This document shows, piece by piece, positions 7,693-16,649 of a DNA stretch of 64,000 nucleotides. Source of the DNA: Candidatus Nitrospinota bacterium M3_3B_026. Its GTDB lineage: Bacteria; Nitrospinota_A; UBA7883; JBPRGF01. Under the pieces are notes generated by a model, which searched no databases, was not told where the DNA came from, and saw nothing but the letters and a program-made list of their open reading frames with translations. Where the stretch lies: positions 128,001-192,000 of the forward strand of contig JBPRGF010000023.1 in assembly GCA_051418015.1 (NCBI GenBank), in the 5' to 3' direction. The position numbers and the translations under genes were made by a program. Within the stretch, counting starts at the first letter, position 1, and the number at the start of each line of letters is the position of its first letter.

Positions 7693-8964
7693 TCAGCCAG
7701 CCGCTTCGCCCGCCGCCTCCTCGCCGGAGACTTCGGCCTGTCCGGCTCCGGCCTCTTCCTCGGCCAGCTCCTCCTCAGGCTCCAGGCTCTTCGCCTCGGT
7801 GGGAACCATCGGCCAGAGCTTTATGGCCGCCACATAGCCGAAGACCACCACGCCCGCGAGGCCCAGCGAATAGGCCGCCTCCAGGATCGATACGCTGTAA
7901 TGGGCGTATTGCCCGTCCAGGAAGACGCTGGTTATCTCCTTGTCCGGGAAAAGCTCAAGCGGCATGATCTGCGCGGGGATAACGATGATGTAACGCTCGA
8001 ACAGGACGCCGATCAGCTGAAGCCACGCCGCCGTCATGATCCACTTGATGGACGTTCCCGTCCGCCTGTAGAAAACGAGCGCCGCGGGAATCACCAGTCC
8101 CATCAGGACAAGCCCCACCCAGAAATAGAGGGTGTACTTGCCGCCGTGGAGCAGCAGGAACGAGGCGGCCTCGTAGTTCTTCGGGGCGTAGGCGCGGGTG
8201 ACGTTCTCCATGAACAGAAAGTAGAACACCACAAGGATAAAAACACCCATCAGCCTGCCAAGGCCATGGACGAGCCTGTCATCGAGATACCTGCCGGTGG
8301 CCCGGAAGGTGTAGACCAGGATGATTATCATCAGCGCCGTGCCCGACGACAGCGCGGCGGCGATGAAGCTCGGCGCCAGCATGGCGGAGTTGTAAAGCTC
8401 CCTGGCGTAGACGAACCCGAAGATGGCGCCCGTGCCGGAATGCACCCCCACCGCCACGAAGACCGCCATCAGGCCCAGGATCTTCGTCAGATGCGCCTTC
8501 TCGTTGAACAACGCCCACAGGTAGACAAAGCCGATGAGCATGTAGGTGTTGTATAAAATGGCGTTCAGCGAGAACATGGAGCGGGGCTGGAAATGGAAAA
8601 AGGGGACGAGAATCCTGTCCGGCCGCCCCCAGTCCATGATGATCGCCATCAGCGCCGCCACGATCAGAAGAATCGCCAGAAGCGCCGCCATCCTCGAAAA
8701 AGGTTTATATTCCACCTTTCCGAAGACAGACGACATCGCCGACAGCACAAGCGACCCCGCCGACGCGCCGATCAGGTATACCGCCATGACGATCGGCGCC
8801 CCCCAGGGGACCTGGTTGGTCATGTTGGTGACGTGATGTCCCTCCAGGAACAGGCACAGCGCCGAAAGAGGCGCCAGCGCCGCCGCCAGGCCGGAGACTA
8901 TCAGCAGGTTCCGGTATCCGGCCGACCTCCCCTCGATCCTCGTGAATTTCGTCTCCATGTTCAT
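7693..8964 (-). CDS. dsrP: DsrP, NrfD/PsrC-family membrane subunit
   Basis: TNQVPWG, DWGRPDR, SMFSLN, VHSGTGAIFGF, PSFIAAALSSG, FERYIIVI; ATGA overlap with dsrO stop (alternative start 8958). Confidence 0.93.
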   Translation of the reverse strand: MNMETKFTRIEGRSAGYRNLLIVSGLAAALAPLSALCLFLEGHHVTNMTNQVPWGAPIVMAVYLIGASAGSLVLSAMSSVFGKVEYKPFSRMAALLAILLIVAALMAIIMDWGRPDRILVPFFHFQPRSMFSLNAILYNTYMLIGFVYLWALFNEKAHLTKILGLMAVFVAVGVHSGTGAIFGFVYARELYNSAMLAPSFIAAALSSGTALMIIILVYTFRATGRYLDDRLVHGLGRLMGVFILVVFYFLFMENVTRAYAPKNYEAASFLLLHGGKYTLYFWVGLVLMGLVIPAALVFYRRTGTSIKWIMTAAWLQLIGVLFERYIIVIPAQIMPLELFPDKEITSVFLDGQYAHYSVSILEAAYSLGLAGVVVFGYVAAIKLWPMVPTEAKSLEPEEELAEEEAGAGQAEVSGEEAAGEAAG

Positions 8965-9716
8965 ATCCCCAGGTAGAAGACCCGCGGGTTCGTCCCAAGA
9001 TCGGCCCGGATCTGCCTGGCCTTGCTGGTTTTCACCAGTCTGGAGACCTCGCTGTCCGGGTCGCCGAAATCGCCGAAGACCATCCCGCCGCCGCCGTGTT
9101 TCTTGCACGCCTCCACGCAGGCGGGCTCGCGCCCCTTGTCTATCCTGTGGACGCAGAAGGTGCATTTTTCCACCACGCCGTGCATGCGCCTGGGCACGTC
9201 CTTGTTGTCCCCCTCCTCGTGCTCGACATGTTTCGAGACGAAGGAACGGGCCTTGTAGGGGCAGGCGATCATGCAGTAGCGGCAGCCTATGCAACGGTGC
9301 TTGTCGACGAGGACTATCCCGTCTTTCCTGACGAACGTGGCCGCCACGGGGCAGACATGGGCGCAGGGGGGATGCTCGCAGTGGTAGCACATGGCCGGCA
9401 TGGAGCGCTCCTTCGCCCCCTCCACGCCGCGCTGCTTGAACCGGATCTCGCGGATCCAGTGTATGTCAAGCTCCGGCTCCGCGAAGCTGGGGATGTTGTT
9501 CTCCTCCCTGCAGGCCCTGTAGCAGGCGTCGCAGCCGGGCTCGCATTTTTCAATGTCGATGACCATCCCCCACTTGTTCTTCCCGGAGGCTTTCAGGGCC
9601 GCCGGCTCATCGCCGTGGGCCAGGGCCTTCGACACCAGCGGAGCGCCCGTGGCGAACACGGTCCCCGCCGCCATAAATGTCCCCGCCGCCAGGAAGTCGC
9701 GCCTGTCCATGCTCAT
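8961..9716 (-). CDS. dsrO: DsrO, periplasmic 4Fe-4S protein
   Basis: Tat signal MDRRDFL; KWGMVIDIEKC; CYHCEHPPCAHVCP; CIGCRYCMIACPY; EKCTFC; ATGA overlap with dsrJ. Confidence 0.94.
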   Translation of the reverse strand: MSMDRRDFLAAGTFMAAGTVFATGAPLVSKALAHGDEPAALKASGKNKWGMVIDIEKCEPGCDACYRACREENNIPSFAEPELDIHWIREIRFKQRGVEGAKERSMPAMCYHCEHPPCAHVCPVAATFVRKDGIVLVDKHRCIGCRYCMIACPYKARSFVSKHVEHEEGDNKDVPRRMHGVVEKCTFCVHRIDKGREPACVEACKKHGGGGMVFGDFGDPDSEVSRLVKTSKARQIRADLGTNPRVFYLGI

Positions 9717-10081
9717 GACTCCGCCTTCGCCGCCGGATAGTTGTGACAATGCCAGCATTCCGGCTCCACGCCCACGTAGCCGTGGCACCGGTCGCAGAAT
9801 TTCTCTCTCTCGGAGTGGCACCGGCGGCATCCCTGTATACCGTGGTCGGCCGTCCGGACCCCCTCGCGGACCACCTCGTCGCGCTCATGCAGAAGGAAGA
9901 GCATGTGGTTGTGGCGCATCCACTCCTCGCCGCGGACGCACTCGCCCTTCTCAGGCTCCACGATCTCCGGCGCCGCGGAGGCCGCGCCGAAAACCCCGAC
10001 GCTCACGAGGTTGTAAAACAGGGGAAAGGCGAGAATGAAAAGGAAAACTATTACAGCGGCGGCGCCGTTCTTTTTCGACAC
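9713..10081 (-). CDS. dsrJ: DsrJ triheme cytochrome c
   Basis: N-terminal TM helix, ECV...WMRHNHM, three CxxCH motifs (CRRCH, CDRCH, CWHCH). Confidence 0.94.
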   Translation of the reverse strand: MSKKNGAAAVIVFLFILAFPLFYNLVSVGVFGAASAAPEIVEPEKGECVRGEEWMRHNHMLFLLHERDEVVREGVRTADHGIQGCRRCHSEREKFCDRCHGYVGVEPECWHCHNYPAAKAES

Positions 10082-10232
10082 TTATAACCCCTCTTCATTT
10101 CCGGGACATCCGGGCCGAAAGCTCCCGACGGCCCGCGCGGCCTCCCCGCGCCTCCATGCCCTGAAGCGGCCGCGGGCTCCCTTCTCATTGATGACACAAG
10201 CGGAAAAAAGATTCCGCCCGCGCGGCCTGATC

Positions 10233-10526
10233 CTACACCCAGGCGTGGGTCTTGCTCTTTTCCACAAGGTCGACGAACCCGTCGTAGCCGATGACCTTCA
10301 CGCCGTCGATCAGCCTTTCAAGGCCCCTGGCCTTGACGTCGGCCCGGATGGCGTAAACCTCGTGGTTTTTCAGTATCTCCCTCATCCTCGCCTCGAAGGA
10401 CGACCCGGCCAGGGCGGCGTAGACGCCATCCTCCAAAAGCAGGATCGGCGACCCTTCGGCGGCGAACCGGACGCATTCGTCCAGCGTATCGTTCGTGAAC
10501 GGCGACTTGTTTACCGTGTGAAGCAC
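10233..10526 (-). CDS. dsrH: DsrH sulfurtransferase subunit
   Basis: GTG start 9 nt after GAGGAG: MLHTVNKSPF...C...LLLEDGVYAA...ADVKARG...IGYDGFVDL. Confidence 0.95.
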   Translation of the reverse strand: MLHTVNKSPFTNDTLDECVRFAAEGSPILLLEDGVYAALAGSSFEARMREILKNHEVYAIRADVKARGLERLIDGVKVIGYDGFVDLVEKSKTHAWV

Positions 10527-10542
10527 TTTCAGACTCTCCTCG

Positions 10543-10932
10543 TCAGTAGGGTATGGTGGCGTGCTGCTCTTCCATGACCTTCGCGATCTCCTCCGCGGAC
10601 GCCACCTGGACGGGGATGGCAAGGTCGTCCTCGGAAAGGCCCCGCTCCTCGAGGGACTGTCTGTCCACGTAGATGTTCTCCACCCCGTAGTCCTCCAGGA
10701 CGTTGTAGGTCTTTATGAAACCCTTGACCCCCAGTTCCTCCGTGTCCTGCCCCTTGACCAGGGCGAAGACGCCGTCGCCCACGAAGGCCATGGAAAGGTC
10801 CTGCTCGTAGGCGGCCATGATGAGAACCGTCTCCAGCCCCTCGTAGCTGTATATGGTCCCGTGGGGCGCCTTGCGCATTACGAACATTATTTTTTTTACG
10901 TTCTCGTTCTCTTCTGTCGTCTCGTCCGTCAT
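10543..10932 (-). CDS. dsrF: DsrF sulfurtransferase subunit
   Basis: KKIMFVMRKAPHGTIYSYEGLE, FVGDGVFALVKGQD, SLEERGL. Confidence 0.95.
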   Translation of the reverse strand: MTDETTEENENVKKIMFVMRKAPHGTIYSYEGLETVLIMAAYEQDLSMAFVGDGVFALVKGQDTEELGVKGFIKTYNVLEDYGVENIYVDRQSLEERGLSEDDLAIPVQVASAEEIAKVMEEQHATIPY

Positions 10933-10945
10933 CGGCTCCCCTCCA

Positions 10946-11299
10946 TCATCCGAAGGTGACGAGGCGGTCGGCCTCGATGGTCATGTCGGTAAGCTGGCCA
11001 AGGCCGGATATCCTCGTCCCCTCGACGATGCTCCCGTCCTTGATCCCGCGCCTCTTGGAGGCGGCTATGCAGGCGACGATGTCCACGCCCTTCTTGCCAA
11101 GCTCGCTCCAGCGCTGCTGGACGTTCCTGTCGTCCTGGGGAGGGTCGGCCTGGTTGCTCACGTTTATGACGCCGTCGTGATAGAAAAATACCCCCACGAT
11201 CTCGTGCCCCTTCTCCAGGGCCGCCGTGGCGAAGTTGTAGGCGGAGTCGGCCGCCTCGTGGTTGTAAGGCCCTTCGAGCACTTGTATGGCGAATTTCAT
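10946..11299 (-). CDS. dsrE: DsrE sulfurtransferase subunit
   Basis: EGPYNHEA, VFFYHDGV, PPQDDRN, active Cys in CIAASKRRGI, ISGLGQL. Confidence 0.96.
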   Translation of the reverse strand: MKFAIQVLEGPYNHEAADSAYNFATAALEKGHEIVGVFFYHDGVINVSNQADPPQDDRNVQQRWSELGKKGVDIVACIAASKRRGIKDGSIVEGTRISGLGQLTDMTIEADRLVTFG

Positions 11300-11440
11300 C
11301 TACCCCTCGTCTTTTGGGTCAAGGTCTCAAATGTCAACGCGCTTGGAATAGATGCGGACGCATCCAATAGGATTCGCCGCCCGGGCGGAAAAATAAGGTT
11401 CTTTGAGACCGGGTTCGGGAATGACGCGGGAGACTTTCGC

Positions 11441-11863
11441 CTAACCCTCTATTACCGTCCTGACCTCCAGGGTGAAATCCTGTCTCAGCGAATGCAGGAC
11501 GGAGCAGTATTTCTCCTTTGAGAGCTCCACCGCCCGCGAAAATTTCGCCTCGTCGAGCCCCTCGCCCTTCGCCGTCAGCGTCAGCTCGGCGCGCTTGAAA
11601 TATTTTGGGAAGGTGTCGCTCTTTTCGCCCTCGATCCTGGCGCTGTAGCTTTCAAGCTTCACCCGTTTTTTCTCCAGTATGCTCACGACGTCCATCGACA
11701 TGCATCCGGCAAGGCCGAGCAGCAGCGCCTCCGTCGGCTTCAGCCCCGCCCTGGCGCCGTCGAACTCCAGCCTCCCGCCGCCGTCCGCGGCGCCGCTGAG
11801 GGCAAGGCCCCCCTTCCATTCGAGCGTTCCGCCCATTATGTTCTCTTTTTTCTTTTCCGTCAT
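11441..11863 (-). CDS. OsmC/YhfA-family protein
   Basis: PTEALLLGLAGCMSMDV and SKEKYCSV two-Cys signature. Confidence 0.88.
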   Translation of the reverse strand: MTEKKKENIMGGTLEWKGGLALSGAADGGGRLEFDGARAGLKPTEALLLGLAGCMSMDVVSILEKKRVKLESYSARIEGEKSDTFPKYFKRAELTLTAKGEGLDEAKFSRAVELSKEKYCSVLHSLRQDFTLEVRTVIEG

Positions 11864-11867
11864 GTCC

Positions 11868-13292
11868 CTATCCCGTCCTCGACGCCTGCGCCTCGCGTTC
11901 GGCCGCCGCCGTCACACCGGCGGACCTGGCAAGCGACGCAAAGTCCCTGGCCCATGTCGCGGCGCCGCAATAATGAATATGGGCGTAGGAGGCCAGGACG
12001 TTTTTGTGAACCAGGCCGTCCATGCCATCGGCCATCCCCGCGCCCCTCAAAACTTTCCACGCGAAACGGGCGTCCGGCGGCAGGTTTTTCACCCTCGAGT
12101 GATGGAACTCGTGGCAGTTCACCGGCCCGCCGGGGCGCAGCCATTCCGCCTCGCCGGTGGGCTCAAGCGTCATGTACCCGAGCCCCATGGGCCTCCTTGT
12201 CATCTCCACGTCGAGGGGCAAGGCCCCGGCCATCTTGCGCCGTCTGCCGTCCCAAGCGATGGAGCGGGCAAGGTACATCATCCCGCCGCACTCGGCCCAC
12301 ACCGGCAGACCCCTCTCTATCCACTCCCTCACCGAGCGGCGCATGGAGACGTTCGCCTCCAGCTCGTCCATGAAAACCTCCGGGAACCCCCCGCCAAGGT
12401 ACAGCGCGGAAACCTCCGGCGCCGCCCCGTCCGAAAGCGGGCTGAAGGGGACAAGCTCGGCCCCCTCGGCCTCCAGCGCCTCCAGGTTCTCGGGGTAGTA
12501 GAAGGTGAACGCCCTGTCCATCGCCACGCCGATCCTGATGTCGGGTTTCTTCGCGCTCCTGTGGCAAGGCTCCACGGCCGGCAGGTCTCCGGCCGTCCCG
12601 GCTATCTGGAGGATCCTGTCGAGGTCGGCGTTTTCGGCGACGGCGGCTCCGATGACTTCTATCTTGCCCGCCAGCGCCGGGTCCTCCTTCACCGGCACGA
12701 GCCCCAGGTGGCGCTCGGCCACTATCATCTCCTCCGGCCCGGCCGGTATGGCGCCGAGTATCTCCATCCCCACGTATCTTTCTATGGCCTGGCGGAGCTT
12801 TCTCTCGTGCCGGGGGCTGGCCACCTTGTTCAGGATGACCCCGGCGATTCTTATATCAGGGTCGAACCCGGTATAGCCGAGAAGCAGCGGCGCGACGCCC
12901 CGGTTCATCCGCGTCGCGTCGACGACCAGTATCACCGGCGCCTCGAGCAGCTGGGCCAGCCCGGCGGTGCTGTCGGCGCCTTCTATGTCCATCCCGTCGA
13001 AAAGGCCCAGGTTGCCCTCGATAACGGCAAGGTCCGCGGAAGCGGCCGCGGAGCCGAAGGAGCGCAGGATGTTCTCGTCGCCCATCATGTGAAAATCCAG
13101 GTTGCGGCACTGCCTGCCGCCAGCCGACGAAAGCCACATGGGGTCTATGTAATCCGGCCCTTTCTTGAAGGGCTGGGCGGTGAGGCCGCGCTTTCGGAAC
13201 GCGTTCAGAAGACCCGCCGACACCGTTGTCTTTCCGGCGCTTCTGTGGGGGGCGGATATGACCACCCTGGGGGTCTTGATAGGAAGGGACAT
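11868..13292 (-). CDS. dsrN: DsrN, siroheme amidase (cobyrinate a,c-diamide synthase family)
   Basis: SAPHRSAGKTT, FKKGPDYIDPMWL, EGNLGLFDG, ERHLGL, AFTFYYPEN, GGGFPE, AECGGMMYL, HEFH; dsr context. Confidence 0.9.
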   Translation of the reverse strand: MSLPIKTPRVVISAPHRSAGKTTVSAGLLNAFRKRGLTAQPFKKGPDYIDPMWLSSAGGRQCRNLDFHMMGDENILRSFGSAAASADLAVIEGNLGLFDGMDIEGADSTAGLAQLLEAPVILVVDATRMNRGVAPLLLGYTGFDPDIRIAGVILNKVASPRHERKLRQAIERYVGMEILGAIPAGPEEMIVAERHLGLVPVKEDPALAGKIEVIGAAVAENADLDRILQIAGTAGDLPAVEPCHRSAKKPDIRIGVAMDRAFTFYYPENLEALEAEGAELVPFSPLSDGAAPEVSALYLGGGFPEVFMDELEANVSMRRSVREWIERGLPVWAECGGMMYLARSIAWDGRRRKMAGALPLDVEMTRRPMGLGYMTLEPTGEAEWLRPGGPVNCHEFHHSRVKNLPPDARFAWKVLRGAGMADGMDGLVHKNVLASYAHIHYCGAATWARDFASLARSAGVTAAAEREAQASRTG

Positions 13293-13329
13293 ATCGTTTT
13301 TCGCCGTTCGGTTAAATATGGTTCAAGTT

Positions 13330-13340
13330 ATTTTATAACA
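13330..13340 (-). promoter_or_regulatory. candidate extended -10 element for dsrN
   Basis: TGTTATAAAAT 37 nt upstream of the dsrN start. Confidence 0.4.
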
Positions 13341-13521
13341 AAAACAAACCTGTTCCATCATTCGATGACGAGCCCCGGCCGGCCGATTCAACCGCCCGTG
13401 AAAGACTTCAGGCGAAGTGTCACGCCCCGTCGCAATCGGCCCGGCGGGAGGCCGTTTTTTGAACAATTTTTACGGCGCGCCAGTTTGTGTTATACTTTGT
13501 TCAGAAAGGAATAATTTGATT

Positions 13522-13986
13522 ATGCCGACGACAGCGGAAAGTGGATATCCGGCATCCATGTCCGGCCTGGCCGATCTTTTGCGCGAGCGCGGGGTGACCT
13601 CCACCCTTCAGCGGGTGGAGATAGCACAGGTCATACTGACAAAGTTGCAACATCTGTCCGCCGAGGAGGTCATGGCGAAGGTCAACCGGGGCCGTCACGT
13701 GGTCTCGAAAGCCACCGTCTACAACACCCTCCGGCTCTTCGCGAAGAAGGGGCTCGTGCGCGAGGTGATAGCCGACCCCACGAAGGTATTCTACGAGCCC
13801 GTGACCACCGAACACCACCACTTCTTCAACACGGAGACGGGCGAGCTTGTGGACATCGAGCCGGGCAGGATAAAGATAAAAGGCGCTCCCCGGCCTCCCG
13901 AGGGGACGATGCCCGTCGGCGTTGACGTCGTGGTGAGGATAAAAAGCGCCAGCAATAACAACAAAAGACCCGCCGCCAAGGCCTGA
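13522..13986 (+). CDS. Fur-family transcriptional regulator (Irr-like, no CxxC)
   Basis: TLQR, HLSAEEV, SKATVYNTL, HHHFF; RBS AAGGA; start reset to MPTTA. Confidence 0.88.
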   Translation: MPTTAESGYPASMSGLADLLRERGVTSTLQRVEIAQVILTKLQHLSAEEVMAKVNRGRHVVSKATVYNTLRLFAKKGLVREVIADPTKVFYEPVTTEHHHFFNTETGELVDIEPGRIKIKGAPRPPEGTMPVGVDVVVRIKSASNNNKRPAAKA

Positions 13987-14093
13987 GTTTTCCCGATGAT
14001 CGGGGATCCGCCCGCCGGAGCATTCCCCGCTTTCGAACATCCTTTCCGTTTCGGGTTAACCGCTCATCCCGCAATCCGCCGTGGAGGCGCCAC

Positions 14094-15008
14094 ATGAGAG
14101 CGTCGTTTGAAAGCGGACTGGACGGGATCAGAAAAGACAGGAGCAGGGGCGCGGGCCAGCTCGCCGAGGACGGCCTCAGGCTGATCGCGGGCGCGCTGAA
14201 GGAGCTTTCGCGCGCGGCGCCGGGAAAGGTCCTGGACGAGGGGCGGCGCATGACGCGGGCGCTGAAAGGCGCGCGGCCTTCGATGGCGCCGATATTCAAC
14301 TGGGCGGCTTTTTTACTGCTTGAGCTTGAGAAGACGCTCGGGGAAACCGGCGTCCTGGACCCGGGCGCCATAGAGCAGGCCGCCTCCCGCGTCCTCGGCC
14401 TCAAGCGCAAGACGATGGACAGCCTCGCCGCCGAAGGGCGCGGGCTCCTTGAGGATGTGGGGGTGGTGTTCACCCTGAGCTATTCCTCCACCGTGGAGAG
14501 GATCATCGAAAAGGCCCACAGGGACTTGAGGGTCATCGTCGCCGAGTCCCGGCCCCTCTTCGAGGGCAGGAGGCTTGCCGCCTCCGCGCAGGCGTCGGGG
14601 AAGGGCGTGGAGGTTGTCACCGACGCCCAGGCCGGTCTCGCCGTTCGCGAGGCGGAGGCCGTCCTCCTGGGCGCGGACGCTATTCTGGGCGACTTATCCG
14701 CCGTGAACAAGGCGGGCAGCTATCCCGCCGCCCTGGCCGCGCGCGACCTTGGGAGGCGCGTGATAGCCGCCGCGGACACTTTCAAGGTCAATCCATGGCT
14801 TGCGGCCGGGGCCGTGGAGCTTGAGGAGGGAGACGGAGGGGAGGTTTGGGCCGAGCGCCCGGAGCTATGCCGCAACGTCTATTTCGAGACCGTCCCGGCC
14901 AGGCTGATAGACGTATACCTCACGGAAAAGGGGCCGCTCTCCGCGGAGGAGATGACAGCCGAGGTCAGGCGAATCGAAAAGCTGTTCGAGTCCGCTCCCG
15001 CCGCCTAA
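14094..15008 (+). CDS. eIF-2B alpha/beta/delta-like (sugar-phosphate isomerase fold) protein
   Basis: [52 protein letters not shown]. Confidence 0.85.
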   Translation: MRASFESGLDGIRKDRSRGAGQLAEDGLRLIAGALKELSRAAPGKVLDEGRRMTRALKGARPSMAPIFNWAAFLLLELEKTLGETGVLDPGAIEQAASRVLGLKRKTMDSLAAEGRGLLEDVGVVFTLSYSSTVERIIEKAHRDLRVIVAESRPLFEGRRLAASAQASGKGVEVVTDAQAGLAVREAEAVLLGADAILGDLSAVNKAGSYPAALAARDLGRRVIAAADTFKVNPWLAAGAVELEEGDGGEVWAERPELCRNVYFETVPARLIDVYLTEKGPLSAEEMTAEVRRIEKLFESAPAA

Positions 15009-16504
15009 AGGAAAAAGATCACCGCCAGCAGGCCGGTGACGGACATGGTGATGGTGTAGGGCAGGGCCAGGAGCACCATCCTGATGTAGGAGAGGCGTAT
15101 CAGCGCCGCCACCGAGGAGGTCAGCAGGAACAGGAACGCCGCCTGCCCGTTCGGTGTGGCCACGGAGGGAATGTTCGTCCCGGTGTTTATCGCCACGGCG
15201 ATAAGATTCAACTGGTCCCTGTCGATCAGGCCGGACTCGAACGCCGCCTTGGCCTCGGATATGTAGATGGTGGCGACGAAGACGTTGTCGCTTATCGCCG
15301 ACAGCGCCCCGTTGGCGATGTAGAAAGCGATAAGCTGGCTGTGCCCTTCCATGGAGAGGGTCCAGTCTATTACCGGCCTGAACAGGCTCTGCTCATGGAT
15401 TATCGCCACTATCGCGAAGAAGACCACCAGCAGCGAGGTGAAAGGCAACGCCTCCTCGAAGGCCCTCCCGATCCTGTGCTCCTCGGTGACCCCGTTGAAG
15501 GCGGTCAAGAATATTATAACCATGAGGCCGATGAGCCCCACCTCCGCCACATGGAAAGCCAGGGCCAGGATCAGGATGATTCCCACCACGGCCTGGACGG
15601 CGAGGCGCGCCTTGTGGCGGGTGTCCATCTTGACGCGCTCCTTTTCCTCGTATTCCCTCAGCACCGCCCGGACAGGCTCCGGCATGATGTAGCCATATCC
15701 GAACCATCCCAGCTTCTCCACCAGAGCGCAGGTAAGCAGACCCACCGCGAGGACGGGCATGGTCACCGGGGTCATTCGCATGAAAAACTCATAAAAATGC
15801 CATCCCATCTCGTGGGCGATGAGCAGGTTCTGCGGCTCACCCACCAGGGTGGTCACTCCCCCGAGGGCCGTCCCCACCGCGCCGTGCATCAGGATGTTGC
15901 GCAGAAAGCCGCGGAAGTTCTTCAGGTCCATCTTGTGGAGTTCCTCGACGAGGTCGTCGTTGGTCACGTCGTGCTCGAGCTCCGGCGCCTTGGCCGAGGC
16001 GAACTTGTGATAGACGGAGAAGAACCCGGTGCCCACGGCGATGATGACGGCGGTGACCGTCAGCGCGTCCAGGAAGGCGGAAAGAAACGCCCCCAGGAAC
16101 GAGAACAGGAGCCCCAGGAGTATCTTCGACCGGATCTTGACGAAGATGATGGCGAATATGAAAAGCAGAAGCTCCTTCATGAAATAGATGCCCGCCACCA
16201 TGAACATCAGCAGGAGTATCACCGGGAAGTTGTGCGCCACCTCCTCGTAGACCTGCTCCGTCGTCGCCATCCCCAGCGCGATGGCCTCCACCGCGAGCAG
16301 CCCGCCCGGCTGCAACGGATAGCATTTCAGCGCCATGGCCAGGGTGAAGATGAACTGGGCCATCAGGACCCATCCGGTGATGAACGGCCCGGCGGTGTAC
16401 AGCAGGATGGGGTTGACGATCAGGAACGCCTGGATGAGCCTCTCGTACCACCATGGGGAGTAGCCCATGAAATTGTCGGAAAAAGCGGAGATCAGCGATT
16501 TCAT
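15005..16504 (-). CDS. nhaB: Na+/H+ antiporter NhaB
   Basis: [67 protein letters not shown]. Confidence 0.95.
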   Translation of the reverse strand: MKSLISAFSDNFMGYSPWWYERLIQAFLIVNPILLYTAGPFITGWVLMAQFIFTLAMALKCYPLQPGGLLAVEAIALGMATTEQVYEEVAHNFPVILLLMFMVAGIYFMKELLLFIFAIIFVKIRSKILLGLLFSFLGAFLSAFLDALTVTAVIIAVGTGFFSVYHKFASAKAPELEHDVTNDDLVEELHKMDLKNFRGFLRNILMHGAVGTALGGVTTLVGEPQNLLIAHEMGWHFYEFFMRMTPVTMPVLAVGLLTCALVEKLGWFGYGYIMPEPVRAVLREYEEKERVKMDTRHKARLAVQAVVGIILILALAFHVAEVGLIGLMVIIFLTAFNGVTEEHRIGRAFEEALPFTSLLVVFFAIVAIIHEQSLFRPVIDWTLSMEGHSQLIAFYIANGALSAISDNVFVATIYISEAKAAFESGLIDRDQLNLIAVAINTGTNIPSVATPNGQAAFLFLLTSSVAALIRLSYIRMVLLALPYTITMSVTGLLAVIFFL

Positions 16505-16649
16505 GTCAAGCGGTCTTTCACCTCGGGAGCGTGGTTGATCTTCAATAAGACGTCTTTGTTTTCAATCTTTTCCTGCGGCGCTGGATCGAGAGAAAATCAT
16601 ACAGGCGGAACGCCGTTCAGGCAAGAATTCTTTTCACGGAGGGCGTTTA

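Noticed and set aside
11868..13292. Cobalamin cbiA/cobB
   Set aside because: dsr context and absence of other cob/cbi genes favour dsrN.
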